A stretch of DNA of 64,000 bases from the human T2T-CHM13v2.0 reference genome, Homo sapiens. How positions within the stretch are numbered: the stretch's first letter is position 1; the number at the start of each line of letters is the position of its first letter. A program made the position numbers and the translations under genes. Shown here in pieces: positions 45,101 to 60,933 of the stretch. Location: the NCBI RefSeq assembly GCF_009914755.1, contig NC_060936.1; one strand, written 5' to 3'. The notes beneath the pieces are model-generated. The model was given only the letters and a program-made list of their open reading frames with translations. It was not told the origin of the DNA and searched no databases.

Positions 45101-46842
45101 TGGACTCTGTGCTTGAGGGCAGGTGGGGATAATTAGGAGCAAAGCTAGGCTGGGTGGGCTTGTCATTAGGCCCATAATGGTGTGTGCAGGCACCACCATG
45201 CTGCTTCCCTGCTGCTGGGTGGAGGTGAGCAGCACCTCCTTCCGTGGTGACAGCCTATGCCAGTGGGTGGGGAACAGGTACACTGCTCATGCCTCAGCCC
45301 TGGCCGTGGCAGGCCCTGCTTCTTTTGCATCTCAGCCCAGGACAGTGCACAATTTGTTGGGGGTGGGCTCTAAAATGGCACCTTTCTGTAGCTATTTAGC
45401 TCTCAGGACGTGTGTGGAACTTAGCCTATGCTACCTCTCTGAAATAGTGCCATCACAGAATCTCTTGGCAGCTCACTATGTTAATTTCAGGATCCATGAA
45501 CATCCAGGGACTAACCAATGGCTAGGATTGTAGGAGTCCATGGTGGGAAATTAGGTTGCTAAGGGTCTCTCACTTACCCTTTTGCCACACTGGGGAGTCT
45601 GTCTCAGCTCAAAGCCTATCCCAGCCTAGCATGCTGCCTTGCTTCCCTTTCTTTCCTTGTGATAGGACTTTCCTGTCACTTTTCTGTTAAATTCCAGTGT
45701 TTTCTCTTGGATGATCTATTCAAAGTATGATTATCTACTCACTATTTTGTTTTTTTAATGGAAAGGTGAGTATGAAATGCCTTTAGTCATCTATTTTGAA
45801 GCCCCTCTCCTAGATTTTCCAGATTTCCTTTTTTAATGCTTAATACTTCATTGTATGAATATTCTCTTTAGTCATCTGTCAATGGACATTTGGGTTGTTT
45901 CCGTATCTTTGCTACTGGGAATAATGCTGCAGTGAACATGGAAGCACAGATATCTCTGAGATAATGATTTATATTATTTAAGATATTTCCCAAAAGTGGA
46001 ATTGTTGGATCACATTGCAGTTCCATTTTTTATTTTTGAGAATCTTCCATATTGTGTTCCATAACAGTGGCACCATTTTACATTCCCAACAGTGTACAAA
46101 TGTTCTAATTACTCCACTTTCTCATCAACACTTATCTTCTTTAAGTAGCTGTCTTGACAGGTGTGAGGTGGTATCTCGTGGTTTTAATTTACATTTCCCT
46201 GTGGATTAGTGATGTTTAGCAGCTTTTAATTTACCTATTTGCTATTTGTATGTCTCTTTTCAAGTCTGTTCAATTCCTTAGCCCGTTTTAAAATTGTTTT
46301 TCTTTCTTTTCTTTTACTATTGAGTTGCAAGGGTTTCTCATATATTTTGGATATTAGCCCCTTATCAGATATATGGTTTGAAAATATTTTTTCCCATTCT
46401 GTAGCCTGCCTTTTCACTCTGCTGGTTGTTTCTTTTGTTCTTTGCTGTGCAGAATGTTTTTAGACTCATGTAGTCCTACTTGTCCATTTTTGCGTTTTTT
46501 GCCTGTGCTTTTTGTGTTATAGCCAAGAAATCATTCCCAATACCAATATCAAGAAGGCTTTATCTTATGTTTCATTCCAGGAGTTTTTCAGTTTTAGGAC
46601 TTATGTTTAAGTCTTTAATCTATTTTGCATGGATTTTTATGTATGGTATAGATAGGGGGCTGATCTCACTCTTTGGTATGTGAACAGTCACTCTTCAACC
46701 AATTGTTGAAAAGATTTTTTCCCTTTCTGTATTCTTGGCACACTATTGAAGATCCATTGAGTGTATACGCATGGGTTTATTTTTGGTCTCTTTACTCTGT
46801 TCCATTGGTCTATATGTCTGTCTTTATGCTTGTATCATACTG
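39164..46842 (-). mobile_element. Inverted 5' part of an old L1MA9/MB-like element (39164-39297 and 45821-46842), split by a younger L1
   Basis: Antisense L1 sequence stops at CAGAATTTCCTTTT and resumes at CAGATTTCCTTTTTTAATGCT. ORF2 remnant [15 protein letters not shown] on the minus strand. Confidence 0.8.
39300..45810 (-). mobile_element. Near full-length (~6.5 kb) LINE-1, L1MA4/5-like, including its GC-richer 5'UTR
   Basis: Antisense 3'UTR, ORF2 remnants (LKELKIELPF, LPKAIYR, NYRPISLINI), degraded ORF1, GC-rich 44.7-45.6 kb block. 5' end reads GGAGAGGGGCTTCAAAATAG on the minus strand. Confidence 0.88.
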
Positions 46843-47204
46843 AAAGAGAGAATATAAAGGTGGTTGACAGGGGCTGGAATTAGAAAAAAAGAGTAGTCCC
46901 TCATGGCTATAAAGTTTCAGTTATATATTGTAAGTAACTTCTAGAGATCTGCTGTAGAATGTAGTGGCTATAGTTAACAATGCTATATTGTGGGCTTAGA
47001 AATGTGTCAGAAGTGTAGATCTCATGTTAAGTGTTCTTACAATAACAACAAGAAAACTAAAGAGGCACAAGGTAACTCTTAGAAGTAATAAATCTATTAT
47101 CTTAATTGTTCTATTATCTTGTTATGATGGTTTCATGAGTATATACAAATGTCCAAAATCAAATTATATACAATAAATATGTGCAATAATTTTAATATTA
47201 GACC
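46843..47204 (+). mobile_element. Sense-oriented 3' end of the same old L1MA9/MB-like element
   Basis: GGTGGTTGACAGGGGCTGG...TATAAAGTTTCAGTTAT...CTAGAGATCTGCTGTA...GTAGATCTCATGTTAAGTGTTCTTAC. Confidence 0.8.
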
Positions 47205-47401
47205 TAAAAGTTAAGTTATCTTTCATTATCTAAAAATAAACAAAAATACTGAAAAATAGGTACCAAAAAAAGAAAAACTCATGACAAAAATCTGATGTTA
47301 TGAAACTGTATTTCCTCCAATGTACATTCAACAGAATGCATAACTGGGCATAGCAAAAAATAATCCTATGAAGTAGACAGCCATAGCCCAGAGTTAGAAA
47401 A

Positions 47402-47403
<2 letters not shown>

Positions 47404-47443
<40 letters not shown>
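47404..47443. repeat. (GT)20 microsatellite followed by an (AG)-rich tract
   Basis: Perfect dinucleotide run. Confidence 0.97.
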
Positions 47444-47449
<6 letters not shown>

Positions 47450-47472
47450 AAAAAGAGAGAGAGAGATTATAA

Positions 47473-49690
<2,218 letters not shown>

Positions 49691-50209
49691 TGTAAATTGG
49701 AAAACAAGGGCCATCTAGAATGTTATGACCCAGTGATTGTGCCTATTTCTATCTCACAAAAAAGTCTTTAATAATTTGATAGATGTCCATAAATATTAGG
49801 TTATACAAAGTGAGTTCTGAATCCCATTATCTTCCTTCTTTACCTTATCATTCTTCAGAAGACTCAAATTTTAATGTGTTCCATTTCCATTTTTTTCTTT
49901 TAGTTGGTCTTTTTCATGTATCTTATCATCTTATCTGTCTTAGGTTTCCCCACACCAACATCATAGCTATATTTTCATGTAAATTATAAAATTTTAAGTT
50001 TTCTTTTCACTTTTAGAAGTTGAATCTACTCGCAATTAATCTTCGTATATACTGTGAGATAGAAATCTAATTCTGTATGCAAATAATAAATATTTTCAAC
50101 CTGTTAAAAAAAGATATTGAAGCAGAGCTTACATTTAAATATTATACGAACTTATGAATAACTTTAAAAACAGAAATTAAGACTCTATTTAAAAGCCCAA
50201 ATAGGAGTG

Positions 50210-50433
50210 CAGTAATTCCACACTTATTTCATTGATAGGTTCTTGGAAACTCTGACTTTAAGCAAAACTATATATAACAAAATTAATGTTTTTTCTTATT
50301 AATGTTAAACAAAATGACATTGAACAAAATGATGTTATTCGAAGACCCACGTAAAGTATACGTGGTATACTTACCATGGTATACATAAAGTCACCATTTT
50401 GAAGAACCTATTGACAACATTGTGTACTTACTG
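50210..50433. mobile_element. MER6-like Tigger-family MITE
   Basis: Long imperfect TIRs CAGTAA...GATAGGTTCTTGGAAACTCTGACTTTA / TAAAGTCAC...AAGAACCTATTG...TTACTG. Confidence 0.75.
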
Positions 50434-50821
50434 TACTTACATAATAGTAAAACTACAAATAATTTTCAGTTGGAATAGAGATTGTGCCATAATTTCTTTC
50501 CTATCCCCAGGCAACCATTAGTCTGCTTTCTGTCAGTAATAGTTTGCATTTTCTAGAATTTGATATAAATGTAATCATACAGTGTATTTTTTAAGAAGTC
50601 ACTTTGATGTAGAGTGGGATGTAAATAATACATAGGTCAGTGCATGATGTCAAAATAGACTATAACAAAGAAAATCCCATTGAGAACAAGACAAAGACAT
50701 GGAGATGTTACCTAGCTAAAAATTTCCACAACTCTTTAGAAAGAAGCAATTAGAATTTAACATCGGAACAACATTGTATGTTATTTTTACCTTGTTTATA
50801 AATATTTATGAATCATTTATA

Positions 50822-51223
50822 CAGTTGGCTCTTGAACAACACAGGTTATGTTCTCAAACACAAATTTTCCTAAGCCTCTGCCACCCATAAGGCAGTAAGA
50901 CAAACCCTTTCCGTCAGCCTGTTCAACATGAAGATGATGAAGATGAAGGCCTTTATGATGCTCTACCTCCACTTAATAGTAAGTATATTTTCTCTTCCTT
51001 TTTTCTTAACATTTTCTTTTCTTCAGCTTACTTTATTGTAAACATACAGTATATAATACTTATATAAAATATGTGTTAATTCACTGTTTATGTCATCAGT
51101 GAGGCTGCTAGTCAATAGTAGGCCATTAGTTGTGATATTTTGGTGGAGGCAAAGTTATAAGGGGATATTCACCTGCATGGAGGGTTGGTCCACCTAACCC
51201 CTGTGTTGCCCAAGCATCAACTG
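50822..51223. mobile_element. Tigger2a/MER28-like MITE
   Basis: TIRs CAGTTGGCTCTTGAACAACACAGG / CCTGTGTTGCCCAAGCATCAACTG with TA flanks. Confidence 0.8.
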
Positions 51224-51274
51224 TATGTTCAAATATATGTATTTTTATTTTTATAGTATGAGTTAATTGGTTTT

Positions 51275-51975
<701 letters not shown>

Positions 51976-52397
51976 TCCTCAATTAATCCTTATCTTTATA
52001 AAATCCTAAAGCAAAGGAACCTAAACCTAGACCACACTAACAAATTCACTTGAAAATATTTGGGACTTTAGAAGAATGTTCTTAACATTTAGATGAATGT
52101 TACATATTAAAATGAATATCTTTTAGTACAGAAAGTACTTGTAAACTGTAAAATGATACATGTATAATTTCTACTTAATACAGTAAAATTATTCTTTGTA
52201 CTAGTGAATGAAATGTAAGCCACATTACTTTGTTTCATTTTTGTTTTTAGGGAAATCTATTTGCAAATGTTTTATAGAGAAAATAATGTTATCACCAATT
52301 CTGTGAATTATCACTATTTATTGCATTTCTAAGTAATTTCCCAATATGTTCATGTAAAGTCATTTTTCTAACTTTTTATTTTTGTTAGTGACCATAA

Positions 52398-52760
<363 letters not shown>

Positions 52761-52890
52761 TGAAACACCAGAAAATGAAAAAAAAAATTGTATCAATTTT
52801 TTAAACGTCAAATTTTTAAGACATTCACACATTAAAAAACGTGGTCTTTCTGCAAAATATATGGTTTTGTTGTTGAAATAGTGTAATTTG

Positions 52891-55800
52891 GGGAATGATG
52901 TCACCAACATGATGAAATCCAAGGTAACCTGGTCTAATCCTCCCACAGCAAGAATTCCACACACATCTAAAGTTCAAAGTTTCTCTGCAGGAGCCCTGGG
53001 GCTTAGGTAGGAGTTTGTAAAATGCTAGTGGGGCCCAAGACATTGTATAATTGCTTTGAGAATTCCAACCAACACCCAGGTGGCTGATCCATCCTATTTC
53101 CTCCTGAGTTTAAACTCAGAAATGGCCCAGTGTCCCAAGGGGTTTGGTTATAGCCCCTTTTGGCTTTTAACCTCCAACCAAAACCATCTGCCTAGAAGAA
53201 ATTGCACAAACTAGTTCCTTAGTGGAAAGGCTCATCTCTATGCCAACATTGGTCTTTGCACTGAACCTGAGAGTTGCCATGATCTGGCTCCAGCCCACCT
53301 CAGTTGAGGTACAACTCAGAGCTGCTCATACAAGCTCATAGAGGGAGACTAACCATACCTCACAGCCCAGAAGTCTGAACCTGTATGACAGGCCATGCTG
53401 AGACATTCTGGGTGATGGATAGCTGTCTGGCCAATGAAATGATCTTTTCAACCTTAATTTCACAGGAGATCCTGAAGGTCCCCAGTCCCAGCTCCACCTC
53501 CTCCTGCTACAATCAGGGAACTATACTGTCTGTTCAGGGACTTGTTGGGAGGCATGCCTATCTGGCCCACTGTGACAGTCTTCTGGACTCAAGTCCCTGG
53601 CTAATATTCCCACTCAGCCCAAGTATTCTCCTTGGTTTTTCCACAGATTCATCTAGGTTGGAAAGCCACCTCAACCTTGGAGTCCTTGGGACATTCCCTG
53701 TATACCTGGGCTTAGAGAATCCTCTAGTGCTGAGATGATTGCAGTGGTCACAGATTCATGGAACTCAATAGTCTGCTTAGAAGGCACACTGAAGGCCCTC
53801 TGAAAAACAGACACAAAGTCAGACTGCAAAGAATATAATAAATACCAAATTCCTGTATTTTATTGCATGTCCACGAGCATCAAAAAACTTCAAGGAAATA
53901 TGACCTCACAAAATGGACAAAATTATGTGCTCCAGACAGACCCTAAAGTAATGAAGATAATGTATTATCTATCAGATAAAGAATTCAAAATAGCTGTTTT
54001 AAGGAAACTCAGCCAACTTCAAGAAAACACAGAATCAGCTCAGAAATGTACCAGAAAATTTTAACAGAGATATTGGAAGAATAATCAGATATACTGGAGG
54101 TAAAAATACAGTGAATGAAATAAAAAATGCAATAGAGAAACATAAGATTTTTAAAGATAAGCAAAATTGACTAACCTTTAGCTAGACTAAGTGAAAGAGA
54201 AAACAAAACTAAAGCCTAAAAAGGAATTATTACAACTGATACCACAGAAATAAAAAGTGTCATTATGAACTATTATGAACAGCTATACACTAGCAAATTG
54301 AAGAACCTAGAAGAAATGGATAAGTTTCTAGATACATAAAACCCACCAAGAATTAACTATGAAGTAATAGAATATATGAATAGACCAATAAATGCAGTAA
54401 TAAAAGGTGTCTCTCTCTCTCAAAAAAAAAAGCAAAGTTTTTCAAAAATTAAAGAGGGGGAGAGAATATTTCCAAACTGTTTTCACAAAGCCAGCATTAC
54501 CCTGATACCAAAACCACACAAGGTCACACACAAAATAGAAAACTACAGATCAATTTGTTGAAGAACATAGGTGCAAAAATTCCCAATGAAATATTAGTAA
54601 ACAAAATTTGACAACACATTAAAAAGATAGTTCATCATGATTAAGTAGGATTCATCCCAGGGATGCAAGGGTGGCTCAACATATGCAAAATCAATATGAT
54701 ACATCACATCAACAGAATCAAGAGTAAAAACTATGTGATCATTTCAATAGATGCTAAAATGGCACTTGATAAAATTGGACATATCTTTTTAATAAAAACT
54801 CTCAACAAATTGAGTATAAAAGGAATATACCTCAACATAATAAAGGCCATATATGATAAACCCACAGCTAGTTTCATACCAAACTGGACAAAATTAAAAG
54901 CTTCCCCATAAGATCTGGAACAAGGCAAAGGTGCTTCCTTTCACCACATCTATTTAACATAGTAATAGAAGTTTCAGCCAGAGCAATTATGCAAGAGAAA
55001 GAAAAAAAAAGGCATCCAAATTAGAAAGGAAGAACTCAAATAATCATTGTTTGCAGATGACATGATCTTATTTTTAGAAAAATATGAAAACTCTACCAAA
55101 TAATTCTTAGAACTGATAAATTCAGTAAAGTTGCTGGATACAAAATGAGTTTGTATAGTGTTTATATATGCTAACAGTGATCAATCTGAAAAAAAATCAA
55201 GAAAGTAACTCCATTTATTTTAGCTATGGTAAAATAAAATACCCATGAAAAGATGGAACCAAGGAAGTTACAGATCTATAGAGAAAAATTAAAAACACCA
55301 ATAAAAGAAATTTAGGAGTATATGCACAAAAAATAGAAATATGTGCTTATGAATTGGAAGAATTAATGTTATTAAAAGGTTTATACTATCCAAAGCAATC
55401 TACAGATTCAATGCAATCCCTATCAAAATTCCAATGACATTCTTCACAGAAATAGAAATAATTCCCAAAATTCATGTAGAACAACAAAAGATCCAGAATA
55501 ACCAAAAATATTCTGAACAAAAAGAAAATACCTGGAGGCATTGCACTACCTAATTTCAAATTATACTACAAAGCTGTACTAATCAAAACTGCATGGTACT
55601 GGAATAAAAACAGACACAAATACCCATGAACCAGATTAAACATTAGGACAAACATTAGAGAAAGGACAATATTTTTAATAAGTGGTTCTGTGAAGCTGGA
55701 TATCCACAATATCCACATGAAGAAAGACACTACATCCCGATCCTTTACTATCTACAAACATCAACTCAAAATGAATTAAAGCCTGAAATGTAAGACCTGA

Positions 55801-57025
55801 AACTATGAAACTACTAAAAGAAGTTACTGGGAAAATGCTACAGGACATTGGTCTAGGCAAATTTTTTGGGGGGCAGGGGTAAGACTTCAAAAGCACAGGA
55901 AACAAAAGCAGAAATAGACAAACAGGATTATATCAAGCTAAAAAGCTTCTGTACAGCAAAGGAAACAGTCAACAGAGTGAAGAGAACCTACAGAATGGGA
56001 GAAAATATTTGCAAACTATCCATCTGACAATGGATTAATTTCCAGAACATAAGAAACTCAAACAACACATTAGCAACAAAACCACAAATAATCTTATTTA
56101 GTAATGGGCAGAAAATTTGAATAGACATTTCTCAAAGGAAAACATACAAATGGCCAAAAAGTACATTTAAAAATGGTATTACTAACCATCAGGGAAATGC
56201 AAATCATCTCACTCCAATCAAAAAGACAGAAAAACAAGAAATCTAGGCAAGGATGTGGAGAAGGGAGAACACTCATACACTGTATGTGGGATGCAAAGTA
56301 ATATAGTAATTATGAAAAATTATGGCGGTTCCTCTAAAAACTAAAAAGGGAAGTGCCATATGATCCAGAAATCCCACAGCTAGGTATATATTCCAAAGAA
56401 AGGAAATCAGTGTATCAAAGAGTTATCTGCACTCTCATGTTTATTGCACCACTATTCACAATATCCAAGAAATAAAATCCACCTAAATGTCCATCAACAG
56501 ATGAATGAATAAAGAAAATATGGTACATACACATAATGGAGAACTATTCAGCCATAAAAAGACTGAAATCCTGTCATGTGTAGCAACATGGATGGAATAG
56601 GGGTCATTACATTAAGTGGAATAAGCCAGGCACAGAAAGACACATTTTGCACATTTTCATCCAAATATGGGTGCTAAAATGTGATTTCTTGGAGGCAGAG
56701 AAAAAAAATGGTGGTTTCCAGAGACTGGGAAGGTGGCAGGGGGTGGGGAGTTGTGAAAAAAAAGTTGCTTAAGGTGTAAAAAATACAGTTTGGCTGAGGG
56801 AATTTCTATTATTTGATAGTACAGTAGGGAAACTATAGTTAATGAGTTATATTTCAAAATAGCCAGAAGAGAATTGTAATATTCCCAACACAAAGAAAAG
56901 TATTTGAGGTGAGAGAGATCCCAACTACCCAAGATTTGATAATTACACATTGTATACAAATCAAAATATCACACACATCCCCAAAATATGTACAACTATT
57001 ATATATCATTTTAAAAGCACAAAAA
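52891..57025 (+). mobile_element. LINE-1 (L1MA4A-like) with both termini and a large internal deletion
   Basis: 5' end GGGAATGATGTCACCAACATGATG, ORF1 start (LSDKEFKIAVLRKL), then ORF2 from about 54150 and an L1MA 3'UTR. TSD AA(A/C)TAGTGTAA(T/C)TTG at 52876 and 57024. Confidence 0.85.
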
Positions 57026-57366
57026 CTAGTGTAACTTGTTTTTGTATAACATCAAACATTAACTAAAATTGGGGCTGTAAGTTTTTAATATAATGTATGC
57101 CAATTTAAATAAATTCTGTACAAAATATGATTCTGAGTAAAGAATTGCCTCAAATCTCTTACATATTGCCTCAGATATTTTGTTTTTACTTGATACACAA
57201 GTTTATTTGAAAATCATATATTTATTTATTCTAGGCATTGTGCCTCATAATTATTTGTGTATGATACATACATATGTATATGACTCACAAACTATTAAAA
57301 GTATTCAATAAACTTGAGCATACCTATAGTTTTAGAAGTTCAATTCTTAAACCTTCTCATGCTTAC

Positions 57367-57736
57367 CGTATTAGTCTGTTCTCACGCTGCTAATAAAGAC
57401 ATACCCGAGACTGGGTGATTTATAAAGGAAAGAGGTTTGATTGACTCAGTTCCACAGGGCTGGGGAGGCCTCAGGGAACTTATAATCATGGCAGAAGAGG
57501 AAACAAACACATCCTTCTTCACATGGTTGCAGCAAGAAGTGCAAAGCAAAAGGGGGAAAAGCCCCTTATAAAGCCATTGGATCTTGCGAGAACTCACTAT
57601 CATGAGAACAGCAGCATGGGGATAACTGCTCCCATGATTCAATTGTTTCCCATCAGGTCCCTCCCATGACATGTGGGGATTACGGGAACTACAACTCAAG
57701 ATGAGATTTGGGTGGGGACACAGCCAAAATATATCA
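57367..57736 (-). mobile_element. THE1 (THE1C-like) MaLR solo LTR
   Basis: GTATTAGTCTGTTCTCACGCTGCTAATAAAGACATACCCGAGACTGGG...GGGTGGGGACACAGCCAAA. Perfect 5-bp TSD CTTAC. Confidence 0.93.
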
Positions 57737-57956
57737 CTTACTTTAAGCTTAATTGATGTTTGATTTTACTGCATACAACCTGTGAACAGGAATTTTTTTA
57801 TTATGAAACTGATTAACAAAAGCAATCACCAATAAATTTAGTCTATAAAACTTCCTAGACCTGTATATAGTAGTGAAATGATACATATTCATCAACCACA
57901 TGAAGAACAGCTAAATATTGCCAAAACAAAAGTAAAATCTACTTTGTGATACATTT

Positions 57957-58331
57957 TGTTTAGGGCCGAGTTGTATCCCCGCAAATTTCATTTAAAGTCC
58001 TAAGCCCTACTAACTCAGAATGTAACTGTACTTGGAGAAATGGTCTTTAAAGAGGTAATAAAGCTAAAATGAGGTCAGTAGAGTAGGACCTAATCTAACT
58101 GGTATCTTTATAAAAGGAGGACATTAGAATATTCGGACACAGACATACAGAAGGAAGATCATGTAAATACACAAACCCCCTGAAAATCAAAGAGGATTCA
58201 GGAAAAAACAATCCTGCCCACAACTTGATCTGAAATTTCTAGACTATGGGAACATGAGAAAATAAACTACATAAGTAGTTTAAGCTACTTAGTCTGTGGT
58301 ACTTTGTTGTAGAAGCCTGAGCAGACTAATA
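57957..58331 (+). mobile_element. MLT1A/B-like solo LTR
   Basis: AAGTCCTAA...CTCAGAATGTAACTGTA...AAAATGAGGTCA...AGTCTGTGGTACTTTGTT...GACTAATA. Confidence 0.8.
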
Positions 58332-60933
58332 GTTTGTAAAATCCTAATAAATGCACTTTGGTAGCAAAACTGCACATACTCCATCTTTTATTTTATCTAT
58401 TTAACAAAGAGTTGTATGTGACAGGTTTTTGCGTAGTCTTCCAGGTTAAAGGCATTTGAACAATACAAACAAATTACATGCTTTTACTTAATGTTTCATT
58501 AGAGCTAGAATCAAGACAGACAATCAATAGAGAAGCAAAAGAATATCATGAGGTTATTGCTATGGTAAAAAAAATAATAGATTGAAGTGTGAATAATAGC
58601 TTTCTAGAGCCACAAATCTATGTGCTAATTGATTTGGCTTAATTCAGTAAGACAATCACTTGTGTTCATTGAATATCCTTATTTTTTTAGGTTGCCATTA
58701 TTTCAAATAACCATTTTAGCTGATTTTCTCCTCTCTCTGAAGGCTGACCTCGAGAGGTTGTAGAGGAAACCTATAATTAGTGAGAACACGTGAAGGCAAA
58801 TATGTAAGTCAGTCTTTCCTTGCTGGGGATAGAAGGATTGTGCTCAGCTACTGAATAGTATAGGTGGAGGATCTGCTTGTGACAGCCCTTCTGCTCACTA
58901 ACTCTGGCCAACTTTGAGCTTTTCTGCAAGGGTTGAGCACCTCTGCTCCCATAGCACATTCAGAGCTGCCTGTCTGCTCTTGCCATCTTCATGCTTTCTA
59001 CATGAAAAACATCCTGTGCTTGCACGTGAGCCTCTGCACATTTCTGAAGTCAGCACAGACATCCTATGCTGACTAGTCTTCTGTTTGTTCCGAGAGAGAC
59101 TTTTAATCCATTTTTTTATATGACTTGGTAACTTAGTCATGAACAATATAAAAAAGAGAAGTGTTTCTGGGCCACTTTATAAGCTTGAAATGTGTGTGAT
59201 TTGTATAAAAGAGTTCATAATGAATGATTGCTTATAAAATACAGTCAAGATTTAGTATTACAGATAGAATCTGCAACCCCCCACCATTCCATGTAACTTC
59301 CAGCCACAATACATATTATATTTCATTCTTGGTCTCTAAATGAATAACTTATGATAGTTTATGCTTATGATGTGATTTCCATATTTTAGAATAGGCATGT
59401 AATATTTGTTTTAATTTTAAAAACTGTAAACACACCATAAGAAAGATAGACTGAGTCAGGACCTAATTTTGGTTCTTAAATAGCATGTTTTGTTAAAGAA
59501 TTCCAGTTTACAAACATTACTTTTATTTTACATTTTTCTTATGGGCTATGTGGCACGTACCACCTCATTAATCCCACTTAACTACAATTGTAACTCTATG
59601 AAACTTTCGTCTTTCATGTGAATTTGGTTTTGGCCACCTCTTTTGATAATGCCTTATTGAAGTTTTGTTTTGGCTTTAAACTGCTTAATTTTGTGCACAT
59701 TTTTTCTCCTTGAGTTCATGACATCTTGAGCCTTTACTCCTCTGACAATTTTATGCAAGCCTTCAAATTAAAGGATATATCAGCTTGTAAACTGTGATAA
59801 CTAATTCACCTGAGGCTGTTTATACAGTGTGATACACCCACTATGCAAATATTTTCAAGCACAATCTTATGAAAGAAAAGATACATCTTGTCCAGCCCAT
59901 TCAGTGACAAGAAAACGTGGTAATTTCAGTTGCAGTGGTTGTCTAACAGTTCTGCTGTATGGACATTGGCAAACTGAGGCTAATTTAATCCTAAATCTAA
60001 ATACTGATATCTGGAGCCATAAGTAATTAAGAGAATGGATCTTAACGACTGCACTGAGACCCTGGAGAGAATTAAGGTAAATTACATGTCATGTTTCCCA
60101 AACAACTACATTTGCTGAATAACATACCGTTATATCCTGGGCCCCAGTGGAATTCTCGGAAAGAGGCATATATTGTTAGTCACAAATTTAATACAGTGAG
60201 AGGTTCAAAATTATTCATCTGTATGCCTCCCCTCCTAAAAACACTCAGAGGATAAGAGAATTTCTGATGCTTCATCTCCTTAAGCATATCATTGTTCAGC
60301 TAAGCTAAACACCTGATCTTCAGCAAGTAATAGGATTAAAATATTGAAAGAGGCCATTGGCCTCTGTAAAGAAAATGGCATTACTATGATAATATTAAGC
60401 TTATATAAACTACTTACATATGCCATTGGTTTTCCTATGACTTTTCACTCCATAAATATTGCTCAACGTGCATTACAGGAAGCAATGAAAATCTCTTTAA
60501 CTTATAGAAAGTGACAAAAATGATTTTTTTTTTTTTAAAGTTTTGGAATCTGGGGCCTTTAATTTACCCCTCCCCCTACCTGGCATTCTTTCTTACTCTG
60601 TTTCTCTTCCAATGTAAACATAACCACATTATTTTCTCCAAAATGCATTTCTATGTGTAGGTTCATGAAAAGTATTTTCATAACATGTTGCTTTGTGTAT
60701 CCACACTGAAACTTTGATATCGTTTCCTAAATAATTTAGTGAATTTTACTATATCTTGCTAAACTGTGTATTCACATCAGAAAAAAAATCATCTGACAAC
60801 TAATTTGTTTTCACTGCTACAAAGACTTTTCTAATTTTTTGCCAACATTGTCTTCAATTCTCTTAACTTCTACATTGGCAAAGTTGTATCAAAATGATTC
60901 ATCCTGCATCATTATACTCATTTTTTTGGCAAC

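Noticed and set aside
44831-45533. Overlapping 150-aa and 136-aa ORFs
   Set aside because: They lie in a GC-richer L1 5'UTR where stops are rarer. No recognisable protein motif.
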